Part shown: piece by piece, positions 18,801-31,600 of the stretch
Layout of the letters: every line of letters starts with the position of its first letter
Position numbering within the stretch: the first letter of the stretch is position 1
NCBI GenBank assembly: GCA_904063045.1
Contig: CAJFCJ010000002.1
Span: forward strand, 3,405,891-3,469,890
Direction: 5' to 3'
DNA: 64,000 bases
Source: Dimorphilus gyrociliatus
Lineage: Eukaryota; Animalia; Annelida
Program-made: the position numbers and the translations under genes
Notes under the pieces: model-generated
Told to the model about the DNA's origin: nothing
Database searches by the model: none
What the model saw: the letters and a program-made list of their open reading frames with translations, nothing else

Positions 18801-18878
18801 ACTGGAATGAGATTCTTAACCAATATTGATTATCAAGAAGGCCTCCTGTCAAGAATATCTTTAACATCACCAAGTTAA
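12879..18878 (+). CDS. ENPP: ENPP1/3-family ectonucleotide pyrophosphatase/phosphodiesterase, type II membrane, with tandem-duplicated PDE+NUC modules, ~1504 aa; exons 12879-12950, 13146-13217, 13854-14422, 14735-16846, 16944-17513, 17574-17731, 17794-18375, 18439-18683, 18744-18878
   Basis: All GT-AG junctions are phase-compatible, 4515 nt total. TM anchor LFYIILLITVVVGLSLSLGLGLGL resembles the ENPP3 anchor. Two sets of catalytic motifs: DGFR/TFPNH/DSAGH/SDHG/GGHG and DGLR/TFPNH/DKAGH/SDHG/GNHG. Two EF-hand-like NUC motifs: DSNRDG and DYNYDG. Confidence 0.92.
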
Positions 18879-19539
18879 CTAATTAACTATTTAATAATTA
18901 GTTTTTACATAAAATTTCTTTATATATTTTATACTTATGTACAGAGAAATTCCTTTATAACATCTTGTTTATAAACTTAAAGAGTTAATCAGATAATTCT
19001 TATTATAATCTCTTTATTTTCACAAAATACAAAATCTTTATTTTAAATTTTATTATTTAGATAGTTGTAAAAACAATATTTGCATTCAAAATCCCTTTTA
19101 ATAGTTTACATAGAGTTGAGTATAAACAAAAAAATTGAATATCCAATATCAATACTGTTTATACTTGAATATAAGTTTTGAATATTGGTATTGGAAGAAA
19201 ATATTGATTATATTTAAACAGTGATAACGAGGCCAATAGTATGGTCTAGAGTTCAAAAGCATTCCTTAACAATCAAGAACGTTAAAGGAAATTGTATCCA
19301 GATAATAGAAAATCGTAAAACATTCATAAATCTAAGAACGTATAAAAAATCGTGAAGAGATTAATAACAAGTTATTAATTAAGCAATTATATATGGTTAT
19401 TCCTGGAAGTCACACTTCCAACTTACAACAGGAAAAAACTTTTAAAAATAAATAATCATCAAAGTGAAACCTGTTCTCCGTTTAGTGGCAGACTAAATAA
19501 TTATACAATACAAAGACTAATTATTAACATTCATTGTAC

Positions 19540-20378
19540 ATGTTTTCATTTAAGTCATTTATGAAAAGACAAGACTCATCTACATCTTCATTTAGAAGGA
19601 AAATTAATGTTACTTCGAGGCTTAAAATAAAATTATTAGGTCATTTGGAAAATATTGACTGGGTCTTTTCCAAAGATATAATTCTGGGAAAGATTGAAGA
19701 GGAACAAGTATAAAAGCCCCTAAATTGTAGATATATATCCCAAGTATTAATGATTAATAACATTTCAGTTGATGTGCAATTTAAAGATTGTTGGCGGTGA
19801 TGATGATATAGCAGAAATAGCGCTTAACGATTTAGGTGTAAAGATTACCCCCGTTCAAGAAAAAGTGAGTAAAAGTTAACATTATAAATTTGCTATATCG
19901 AATAAATGAAATACGAATATTTATGGAGACATTTAATAAATCTAATATTAAAAATGTGTCATTTATTACGTTTGAACAATTAGATTGTATAAAGCAATAA
20001 TTACTTATATAGTATTTCATTAAATGATATAGTATTTGATTAAATTTTTTGTATAAAATTATTCTTTAAATAATTAATGAGCTGTCACATTATAGATTGC
20101 AGTTATTCGACATCCATTGAACAAAATACAAGCTATTATTTATTACATAGACTCCCTAAATAATCACAACGTTCTCATCCAAGTGAAAAACTCTGTTAAG
20201 AGTCTCTTTGATCTTATTCTATTGCAGTGCTCATCTCGAGTATGTTGAACAAAAATATATGAATAACAACATCTAACGACAACTTTTAATTATGTGATAT
20301 CTCTTTTTTTTATAATAGGAACAAGCAAATGCCGTAATAAAGAACGTCCAAATGAGCGTCGGAACTGTTCTTTCATGA
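19540..20378 (+). CDS. Small PTB/PID-domain protein, ICAP1 (ITGB1BP1)/CCM2-like, ~155 aa; exons 19540-19707, 19769-19864, 20096-20239, 20319-20378
   Basis: Four phase-0 exons with donors GTATAA, GTGAGT, GTATGT and AG acceptors. Translation ...KIKLLGHLENID...LGVKITPVQEKIAVIRHPLNKIQAIIYYIDSL...LQCSSREQANAVIKNVQMSVGTVLS aligns by eye to ICAP1 (RIKYVGAIEKL...GIKVS...LHRHALYLIIRMVCYDDGL...[25 protein letters not shown]). Start could be 19540 or 19561. Confidence 0.72.
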
Positions 20379-23240
20379 AAGGCGAATAAATAGCTTTATT
20401 AATGACTATTTGCCTTGTTAAATGCTATTGACGGCATTTCGATTTTTTTTCTATGGACGTTTAGACACCGTTCAGGACGTTTCACTAACGTTAAACTTAT
20501 ACCTTTTTGATAAATTAAAGTGATTATCATTTAAAAATTCCTATTGTTTTAGAATGAATTAAATAAATGGGTGAGATAAAGGACTTTTCATCTTTATAGA
20601 GTAATATCTATATTTAAATATATGCTATATAGAGCCTTATATAAATTTATTATATATACAGTATATATAAAGTATATATATTAGTATATATGTTTTTGCA
20701 AGTGTATTCTTTTTAATTACACATTATTTGAAATTAATAAAAAATTTTCATTCTAATGATCATAGAGTAATTCTGAGCTTTTATATTCTATTTACTCAGT
20801 TTTATATGTTGGATAGTAATTCTGAAGAACGACGTCGTTCTATTTTACAGAATACGATTTACTTTTTAATTCTCAGGAGGAAAGTTTCGACAATGTAAAG
20901 GCAATAGTAGCATCCAGAGGAAATTTTTCTGATTGATTGATTGAAATTTTTCCTCAATACTGGATATTTAACCTAATTAACTTAAAGAGGATTGATTTCC
21001 GTACGAGAATATAAGATTTTAGGAATTTTTGTTTCTTCGAAAGTATAACTTTATAAAGGAAACTCAATCTTTATTCTCGTTCGCTAAGGAAAAGAAATGG
21101 ACGACAACTATGATTTTTGACCTAGTTTTCTATGTAATACTCTCTCGAAAACAATTTTATTAGGAAGAGAAATATTTTTTACGATGTTCCCTTTTTACGT
21201 AATTAATCTGTAAGGAAGTTTCATTCTGTTGTAAATCTTTTAATATCCGCTACAGAATTAGGAGTTAGATCTGAAAATGTTCTCAAACATTCTACAAATT
21301 GATCAAAATCGCCTAAAATTCATTTAACTCAATCATTCTTGCTGCCGGAAAACTTTTCAATTATGAACTTCCGTTTGTTTACTTTCCTACTAATCCAACT
21401 AAACAATTCCTGGTAAGTTTGTCAAGATATATTTCATCTTGAATATTTTACACTGTTTTAAATGTATTCGCACGTATGAATAGACAAATCGAAATTTTTC
21501 CTCTTTTGTTTGTCAACTATGGTATTGTTGTCGAACATCCTTCCAGCCTCGCCTATAAATATGTGAAAAGAACGTGATTATTGTAGATCGTAATTTGAGT
21601 AATCAAAGTTAAACTTTAATACTGTTGATCAATATTTAGTTAAATAGGCCTACAGGTTTAGTACTATGGTTCCATTTTTATTAGTTTGTGTAATGTTTTT
21701 ATGCGGTACGGATAAAAATAAAACTTTTATCAACAATTTCGTCGTAAGTATAATATATTATTAATTAATTTTATATAAATAATCATTTATTTTAAAGAGT
21801 AATCGTATAGAATGCAATTGACTTAATAGGGATGTTGTTTTTGTCGCATATATGCATACATATACTGTATATATATTTTTATTTTGGTTGTATTGAACGT
21901 AAGAAAAGGGCTTAGACTATTGTTGAAAACTCTATAGAATTTTCTGTAAGAAATAGTAAAGCAGTCAAAAAGTTGCAATATACTTTCTTTTATTAACCTT
22001 CTATATGTAATACTTGCTTAAGTATACTTATCATATTTGAATAATCTAAAATAATTGATTACTTTCAATTATTTTGTTTATGAAGGAGCAATTGAAGATA
22101 GTAAAGAACTTAACCCAATATTTAAATGAGCAAAGTTGTTTTAAGATATTATCGACTAAAAAGAAACAAGAGACACACAGACAGAGACAGAGAGAGACAG
22201 GCAGACAGACCGATAAACATCAAAGTATATAGATAGAAAGACTAGGCAAAAAAAGGTAGCAAGTCGTTAATATGGTTTACCTAGTTGTTTATTAATGACT
22301 TAATGAGTACTTACTTGGCCTGGACACTTTGAATAATAGCACTTTACCAACTTCTTAACTGAAATAACGTTGTAATATTACAAAGAGTTGACTGTTTCGT
22401 TGTGGAAAAAAGTTGTAAAGAATAATTAAATATTTCAAAGGTAGTTGAAAGTTTACAAAAATATTTTCTCTACTTTTTAAAACTTGATAAAATAGAGAAT
22501 AAAGAAGTTTTAAAACTTTTATAAACATAGCGATAAACCTAAACAAATGATTCTAGTTCCTTATTGAAATTTAAATGTTTTAGAGGCAAATGTATACCTT
22601 AAATATACATATACATATATATATTTCAAATATATAATATATATTCCCTACACGTTTTAACGCCTATTTATTTTCCCATAAATGTCGCTACGCTAATCGA
22701 TTATATGATTTACGTAACTTTATTAAATGACGATATTGTTAAAACTAAAAAATCAATAAATAACCATTTTTGGCGTTTTCTTTCAATATTTGTCACGCAA
22801 AGTGGAACAATTAAATTGTTCTACCGTTACATTTTAGAACATATACGTAATTAGGTCGCCCAGCCGGTATCTACAGAAAATCATGTCTGCTTTAGTCAAG
22901 CGATATAATTAGACTTATCTATTTATAATTTAAAGTTGATAAACATCTCCTTATTATTGTTCAATTAATTTTTTCTCCCCTTACTATGTATTGCTTGAAC
23001 TTGTCTGCTCTTTTAAAGACATAAAGTGATGGATAAAAAATACATTTTAGCTAAATTGTTTTCTTTTTCCTTTCGTGCAAGAAGTTTAATTTTAATCCAT
23101 GAACTCTTTTTTTCTATATTCGAATCTAGGGGAAAAACGTCACGGGCAGGTAGACGCTGTCAATTAGACGCCTTAAGCAACGCCACCTGACGGGACATAG
23201 TCAACAAAAATCCTCTCCTCAGACGGCAACGAAAGTTACC

Positions 23241-23523
23241 ATGACTACTCACGGTGGGAAGAGTACAAGGAGACAGGACGTTCCTCGTTTGGGAACGTCA
23301 CTTTGGCCATCACCTAATGACCTTGACCTCTCTCCCAGAAAAGTTCGACCAGCTAACGCCTACGCCTTATTTGCTTTTAAACAAGATGTTAGAGCAGACT
23401 CAAACGGATTTGTAAGAGTAGATACTCTAAGAGACGGCGGAACAGCGAAAATGGCAATTTCCAAATCTGATTCGTTTGAAACCGGTTGCTTTGGATGTGT
23501 CTCAAAAAGAAAAGGACAAAAAG
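23241..23523 (+). CDS. Candidate distal alternative first exon of dystrobrevin (94 aa + 1 nt)
   Basis: ATG-initiated, GC-richer ORF ending at a strong donor AAG|GTATGA in phase 1, the same phase as dystrobrevin acceptors at 31162, 31341 and 32792; no other downstream partner gene found; CTCF-like motif 50 bp upstream. Confidence 0.5.
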
Positions 23524-23810
23524 GTATGATATTATCTTCTCCTTTAGTATTTGTTTCTCTAGTTTCCTCTCTTTGGTGTTTAAATTGCTATTAAGACAAT
23601 GTTGACCTTTCCGCAAATAAATCCTCATGGAAGAAGATGAAAAACTGCAATACCTGAATATTTTTCACGCTATAGAAGATATAAGTGCGAGAAAAATTAT
23701 TTTTCTTTGATGTTATACGCGCCTAGAATTCTAGTTCAGTTCGAATGGCTACTAAACAAGGTCATTTAAGAAGAGAATAAGATAGAATGAAAGAGAAGGA
23801 GAAAGAGAAA

Positions 23811-23900
23811 GAGAGAGAAAGAGAAAGATATAGGGTGGGGGGAGAGAGGGAGAGAGAGAAAGAGAAAGACATAGGGTGGGGGGAGAGAGGGAGAGAGAGA
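23811..23900 (+). repeat. Two-copy 41-bp purine-rich tandem repeat with G tracts
   Basis: gagaaaga(t/c)atagggtggggggagagaggg occurs at 23821 and 23862 (period 41). Confidence 0.8.
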
Positions 23901-25566
23901 ACGAAGAGTTGAGAGAGATAGAGTAAGTGAAAGAACCAAATTTATAAATGTACTTGATAGTGTTGAAACAAAAAAAGGAGACTATTTTAAGATTATTGTT
24001 TTTCATTATTTTTTAATCTAAAATTCTAATTGTAGTTTATTGTCTTAATCTCAAAAAGTGGTTTCTAACTTTACCTATTTTATTTATTATGCTCAATCTA
24101 TTTTTAAAAAAAAAAAAAAGAAAATTAGCTTTAGGGGAATGAGGACATTTTTTTGTCTGTGGTGATCCATTAAACGCAGTTTGTCTCTAACCGTAATTCA
24201 GAGTGTCTAACGCACCATAGAATTATATCGGATAGGGCACCAGTAAGTTAAGCATTCATCGTTCGCGTTGACAATTTGCCACTATTTTTAACAGATTTTT
24301 ATGTTAACAAGATTTAATATACAGCTGTTTGCAAAGACTAAAACAAAACCTGGATCATGTGACCAAAGCGTAATCAAATTGACAGAAATTTCCTTTAGGA
24401 GGCATTTTTTTACTCCTATGATAATACACAGTATGATAGGGTAGACCTTTTATCATTCAATTTATCTTTAAAAAACTGTTTAGAGTAATTTTAAGGTAGA
24501 CACATATTTTTAAAATATTAAAAATAAACAAATCTATTTATAATCGAATAAAATGATTTAAGGAAAATACGATATACTTAATATTTTTAATGGATAAACC
24601 GTAAAGAAGTAGTAGGTCGAGAAAATAAATGTAAACAAACATCCAAGAAGGGGGTGAGAGGGGTTGTAAAATCTTTTATTTTTAGACAAAAAGTACACGA
24701 AAGAAAGTTTCTTAGGTTTCTGATAGAGGCCGTATTTTTTTTCATTGGGGTAGATTAACGATAAAGGCATGACAGTCCACATCTAGTACATTCACATTCC
24801 ACGTTAGACAAAAGGGAACGATAGGAGAAGGAAGAATTTTAAATGAGAGAGAACAAAATACTTGTGTACTTACTCCTCTTTTCTTTTAGATGTAAGATAA
24901 GATAGTAGAAAAAAAGCTTAACTAATGAAAAAGCATTAATTTAACTGTCCATTTTTAAGGTTATCTAATTTTCTAAATGAAAAAAAATATTGTCTTTTTA
25001 TATAAATATTATTTCAAGATTTGTACGAAGTTTGCGTGCTTGTAGTTGTCACTAGATGACTAATGGTAAAAATTTTACTGTTTGATGTTTTACAAATCTG
25101 CGTCTAGTAATCATCACTAAGCTGAAATACGATCGATGTGAGAGTTATCAGCTGAATTAATGATTTTGACCTATCACAAAAATTTACGTTAAAGCAAATC
25201 AAAGTAGTATTAATTTTTCCATTCTTATCCTTTCTCTCCTTTAATTTCTTTTTTATTCCCTTTTAATTTAATTCTTCCGGGAATACCAACAGAACCGGAA
25301 GAGATTCTTGTTGAGTTTTCGTATAAAAAAAAGGTAAAACTTGAGCAAGGAACAGAGAGATTTACTTAAAAAAAAGACTAGGTATATCAATAACAATTTA
25401 ATGAAAAGTATATAGGAAGAAGAATTATATGCGAAAGAATGGAGGTTGTATGAGAGAAGAGAGAGTGAAATATATGCAGATATTTTTATAAAAGGAAAGA
25501 AGAGAATGAGATTTGAGAAGGAAATAGATTTATTTGTAAATTTTGGCTTACATATATTGCATATAA

Positions 25567-25574
25567 GATATACA

Positions 25575-25608
<34 letters not shown>

Positions 25609-25616
25609 TGTATATA
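25567..25616. repeat. (AT)n microsatellite bracketed by TACAGTA and TACTGTA, forming a near-perfect inverted repeat
   Basis: atatacagtatatat...atatatactgtatat read directly. Confidence 0.85.
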
Positions 25617-27899
25617 TATGTATACAATATTATAATTAATCAAAACGTGGCTACAAAATTTTTAGTATTTATTTATTCACGTATTAACGGAAATATATAC
25701 AGAAGATCTCTTGTTGGCTATGTACTCTTAAATACCTTACTACAAAAAGAGGGCATTGGTGGGTCTAGATCAGGCTTGCCCTAACGATATTCGCCAGCTG
25801 CGCTGGTTATGTAAATTTTTACTATTTCTATTTTTTTTTCTACCTTTTATCTGTTTTTTTTTTCTATTTTATTTATAGCATTTGATAAAAATAGAAAAAA
25901 AACACAAATAATATAGTCTGTGTTAAAAAAGAAGTAATTTAAAAGTCATTGTTTCCGTCTTAATTGGTAGGAAAAAAATCTCTATAAGGTGTAGATTATA
26001 AAGGATTCAGGCAAAGCTTTATAAACGCTCCTCACTTTACTCGTCGCCTTAAGCGTCTAATATTATTAGTACATATGATATTTTAACAATTAAAATATCG
26101 GAAAAGGTTAGGTGGTGATGAATTGGAAAGATTAATATATTTTCTTTGGGACGTTTAGTAGTTTATCAGTCTGTCGGATAAAAAACGAAAGCGTCATGTT
26201 AATGTTAAAAACGATGGGCGTTTCCTTAATTAATCTATATATCTTATTGACTTTTAAACAAGTATATTTGTTAATTAAATAGATATATTTCTTCCGGATT
26301 GCCGGTAAGATAATAAAGTTATAGGGAAATAAGAGAATTATACAGATTCTCTTTGTACTTTTCTTAACTCTCTTCTCATTCTTTTCACCTTTATTTCCTA
26401 CGGAAGAAACGTCAGGAAAATGTAATACTAGATTAACACATGGGACTAGAAATGTATGGCTTCGCCTTATGCATTCTCATTACCCTTAAAGAAAACAAGA
26501 TTGTCGGTCGACCTTGAATTTTCATCAAAGTTTAAGAGATGTTGAGGAAAGGAATGTCATATAGCAATATGTACTTGAAAATAAAGAAGTAGGGAGAAAG
26601 CAATGAAAAGTGATGTCGAGGCGTTTGATGTTTTATGATAGGCATATAACCTAAGTTTGTCACCGTTTGAATTAGGTCTATTTCGATGCGGACTAACACT
26701 TGATCGACTTCAGCTAGTCAAAGGTACAAACTCGATTTACGCTTGAATTATTGAAGCGGAGAAATAGGCAAAACTAGTCAGTTCGTTTTCGTCGATTGTT
26801 TGCATTGTTTGTTATTGTGAACCGGCGGCGTATGTTATTCTATCATTTTTTGCTTCAACTATTCCCGCCAGGAGTCAGGAATTAACGGTTATTTATTCAT
26901 GATTGGTATTACGTGATGATAGGCTGACAAACTAAATGGGGATGGACGTTTTTCGAGAGTTTCCAAGTTGATTTATCACATGCAAAAACTGTTGCTCTCC
27001 CCTATTCCCTCTTTAACATCTTTCCAAAACTTTTACTTGCAATTTTTCAAATAGATTAGAAGGAGTCAAAGAGATAAGCGAAAATTGAATAACTTGCATG
27101 CTGTATTTTATCCGCAACTTATTTCAGGTGTAAAGTGTAGACACAAATACAAACAAAAAAAAGCAGAGAGCTTTTCCCGATTTTTCACTGTATAATTTAT
27201 TGTATTCTCATAATAGAGTCGCGATGGATGTTTGTTAAATTTCAGTAAATTACTTTACGATGAAAAACTAGTAATTACTGCTTGACAAACTAGTTAGGAT
27301 AAAAGTGTGAACAGTGGAATTGATTTCTATCGCTTGGGAAATTGTCTCATATGTTTGATTTGTAATCGACAATGCAAAAATCTTTTGTAGCAAACTGTTG
27401 TTGATATATATGCAAACTGTTGTAAATGGATGGTGTGTAGGAGGCAGAACTAAACACGTTTTCTCGTTAAAAAGCGGTCCGCAAAATTTCATTCTTAACG
27501 GACCAGACTAAATAACATGACAAACTATGGTGGATGCATATATGCATAATTTTTTTGTAAATAAGCTACCCATAAGTGGCAGAAATAATTGCTTTAACCT
27601 CTTACGATAACAAGTTGCAGCTGTCAGGCACTTTTCTCTTCTAGTCTTGAAACTATTGTTTCGCTACTTTTGACAAACTGACTTGGTTTGACTATTTTAA
27701 GAAGGGACTAGACCGGATAATCGCTTAGAGATATACTAGTCCTCTAGTGTTTCTGCTGAAAAGATAGACAGTATTGAAAAGAAATGGCTCTTGACAAACA
27801 GGGACAAAGTACATCAGCTGGTAGTTTGCCCTATATAAATATGCTGTTAGGAAGAAAAATTTTTAGTGCCTCTACGAAGCGATACCGTTCTTGGGCGAA

Positions 27900-28050
27900 T
27901 CTTAAAACAGCAGTGAGTGGACATGCAGAACTACGGTAGGTGTCGCGTCTACAGATGAAAATAAACAACAGATGTCGCCAGTTGAAAATCGATTCGTACC
28001 TTTGATTCTCGCGCGAATCGAACTCGTACGCGTACGCTCAAAGTGCATCA
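27900..28050 (+). promoter_or_regulatory. CpG-rich putative promoter of the proximal dystrobrevin first exon
   Basis: Dense CpG (tcgcgcgaatcgaactcgtacgcgtacg, including the 12-bp palindrome CGTACGCGTACG) 100-250 bp upstream of ATG 28150 in otherwise CpG-poor DNA. Confidence 0.45.
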
Positions 28051-28149
28051 TTGAGATTTTCGCGGCTATCATTTAGTTCTTCTTAGAACAAAGACGTTTG
28101 TCAAATATTTTGGCAAACTTTAAATTATTTTTATTGGATATTATTAAAT

Positions 28150-28625
28150 ATGAAGGACACAGCATGTATGGATGTTAATCCGAAGAATATTGCTCAGTTA
28201 ATCGAGGCAATTGATGAAGAATTGAAGGAAGAAGGTAGTATATTTGTTGTCTAGCTGAAACTAGGAGACAAATCTGACAGTCTAACATACTTTCTAAGAA
28301 GATTATTGAAGCGATTAGTTAATATGCAACAGTAATTTAAAACAAACAATTATTCATGTTCTAGTATTCATAGAGATAAAATATCATAGCATACATATAT
28401 ATTTAAAATATGTGGAAAGCCAGCGGATTGACAAATGATCTTTAATATACAATTAGACAATTGTATATATCTGTTATCAATACAGAGAAATATATATATA
28501 TATATATATATAAACAATTACCAATATATTAATGGTTGCATGTATACGTATTTGTAATATGCATACATATATATATATATATATATGTGTGTGTATGTAT
28601 ATGCGTGTGAGTCTGTATGCGCGTC

Positions 28626-28661
<36 letters not shown>

Positions 28662-31600
28662 TGTCTGTGTCTGTGTATGTGGTATGTGATTTTAAATATG
28701 ATTGTCTATGTGTGATACTAGTTAGTTTGGCTATTTTGTTTATAGTAAAAACTTATTATAAGTTAGATTCTTATATTCATAATTTAATTTTATCTTAATT
28801 AAATATTATTAAAAGGGAATAATGGCGATTTAAATAATACTATTTAAATGTCTTACTTTATTTATATATTCTAATATGTTTGTTCCGTACAAAACTGCTT
28901 ATTTAAATATCATTAAGGCAATTTAAATTTATGAATACTATTATTTAAAAAGCTTAACGTTATTTTGACATACTAGATACGAACAAGAAAAAGTGCAGAA
29001 GTTTGTCTGTAAAACTTATTAGAGAAAATTTTGCTGGTGGAACTATAGGCCTTGAGTTGGCCTAGACGGTAGTGCTTTCATTTTTAACCGAACAGTCTGC
29101 TTATCGAGTCTGTTCTAAACAAGCCTAGTATACGATTAAATTGACCTTTTATAATAAAAATTACCAAAGGCTATAAGATATTAAGGGTTAAACTGAAAAT
29201 TGGGCTATTAAAATATAGATGGATGTATTAGGCTTAATAAGATAATTGGAAGGACTTTGTACGAGTTTGTTTTAGTTTAGGCGTTTCTCGTAAAAATAAT
29301 GAAAAAAGGTTGTAGGGGAGGGGGCTTGGAATTTATTTTTTCTGTTAAAACATGCTCTTTCTCTCCTCTGTCTGTCTGTCTATCTGTCTGTCTCTCTCTC
29401 GCTCTCTCTCTCGCGCTCTCTCTATGGATTCCAACCTCTATCCATCATCCATCTAACTATTTTTCGCTCTCCTCTATCTCTTTCCCTTTCCACTCTATAG
29501 AACCGGGGGGAAAGGTGGTAAGACGAGGTCACGAAAAGAAAGTATACAGGGAAATAGGTGGAAATAGCAAGGGGAATAAGAAATAGTTTTCTAGTTCTAA
29601 TCTATGTCTGTCAGTTCTCTTAATTATCAGCATATATGCGTTTCTAATGACGTATACCTGTCTATTACACCCTACTGCCCTCTTTATATCGAATAAAATA
29701 CCGAAATCGTGACAAAATTGTGGATATTAAAGTACCGTATTGTGATAAAACATTACAATTAGTAAACATAAACACATCGCATTAATCACATATATATTTA
29801 ACATATAAAGAGTTAATGATTTTATTTTAAATAATTATATCGTAATTTTGTAATTTATTAGAATTCTATTAGGCGAACGAAATGTTTATACTTGCAGTTT
29901 ACATTTAATCGGGTATACATATATGTATTTACCATACCCTATTCTACTTTCAAACTGATTAATGGGTAAAGGTTGCCTTGGCAAATTGTTTTTGGTTTTC
30001 TTATATATAAACCAGGTCTCTCTGTACATAAAGCCATTAGTTTATTTTCCTTTAAGTTAGTATAAATAGTTAACTAATTATCTTTTTTCAATACTTTAAC
30101 TTGATTATATTCTCTTATCTTTCAATATTTCACAATATACTTGTATGTTGTGTATTTTACGTTATATTCGTTTGTATTGTAGTTTGTCATATGATGAATA
30201 AATATAAGAACATGTTATCACTATATATTTCCACCCACGAAATATATTATTTACAGAGCTATTATTATAATTGTATCCTATTTTTCTACTTTGACCATTT
30301 GGTTTCTAGTGTTTGGTATATATATATATACTGTATATCCACTTTTCTACGCTCTAATTCTTGTTCTAATTAATTAAAAAAGTGATGTGTAAATCTAATA
30401 AAGTTTTGCTCTCGAGGAGTAGAAATCTCCTGTTTTATTATCAACGATTGCCAATAAAACTTTTAGAATAGTTTGTAATTTAAAACTGTGAAAGTTAATG
30501 ATTAATATCCATAGAATAGGAAGAATAAATTGTCATTTAACCCTGTACTCTTGTTACTCTCCCTTTATTGTAGACGGTTTTCAATATTAGATATAAATAT
30601 ACTATATATACACTACATATAAACTATGTGTTGAAATTAAAAGAATTTTTATAGCATACATAATTTTAAGGGAGGTCGTTAGGGAATTTTTTATCTATTC
30701 AAAAAGCTATACTCGTTTATAATTGGCCATAGTGCCAATTAATCCTTACGTACTTTGAATTAACGAGTGATGGACCAACAATTGATTCGGTGCAACTTAC
30801 CGATAGACGGCATCTAAATCGTCATTATAAACTCTTGTCTCTGCAGTCTTGTGCAATTGTTTTCTTAAGAGAAACTTTAGTTAGTTATAGTAATGGCGTT
30901 TAAGGGAGTAAGTTGGACGATAAAGTAAAATATTTTTCATCCTTTGAAGCATCCTATTTATTTTATCTATTCTATGGTTTTAAAAGTTTGCTTTTGAGTT
31001 AGAGTATTTCAATGACCTAAATAAATTTAAATGTTTATATAATATGTATATATAGTATATCAATACAAATATATAACTTTCATTTAAATTGTTTATTACA
31101 ATTCATTTTACTTACATATATATATATATATATATAATGTATATATATCTTTTTTATACAGATAAACTAACCGGCTTGGTTCCGGAAGTGACGAAATCTA
31201 ACGGCGTGCTATCTTGTACGTATAAGCTCATGTTTTTAATTAACGTGCTGAATTTTTACAGATGTTTTACTTTCTTTTTCTTTCTATTTCATTTACCAAA
31301 GATATTCTTCATTCACTTTTTTTGTATCTTTTATCCAAAGGTGACATCGACTCTAAACAAGAAATAGCCAAGGAACAGAACATGCCAAATGAAGAAGTCG
31401 ATCAATTTGTAGAATGTAGGATCAATTAACACTTTACCTAAATTCTTTTAACAATTCGACCTAATTTGTTTTTATATAGCTAAGCAAAATGCTAGCGAAA
31501 CTGCTTATGAGAATCGGTTGGCTGTAGTTTTTAAGGAGATTTTATCTGAATTATGTGAGTACTTTTTGCTGGTTTATGTTTTATATTACAAAAGTCAATT

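Noticed and set aside
24150-24248. Strong donor CCA|GTAAGT at 24243 as another dystrobrevin coding exon
   Set aside because: The phase-1 frame contains stops; at most a non-coding exon.
23752-29586. ORFs 23752-24006, 25268-25627, 25446-25784, 28532-28798, 29299-29586
   Set aside because: Produced by (GA)n, (AT)n or (GT)n microsatellites (SLSL, YIYI, VCVC translations).
21287-31417. Exact 18-bp inverted match GATCAATTTGTAGAATGT (21287-21304 minus; 31400-31417 plus)
   Set aside because: Roughly one such match is expected by chance in 64 kb at this composition, and the flanks do not extend.
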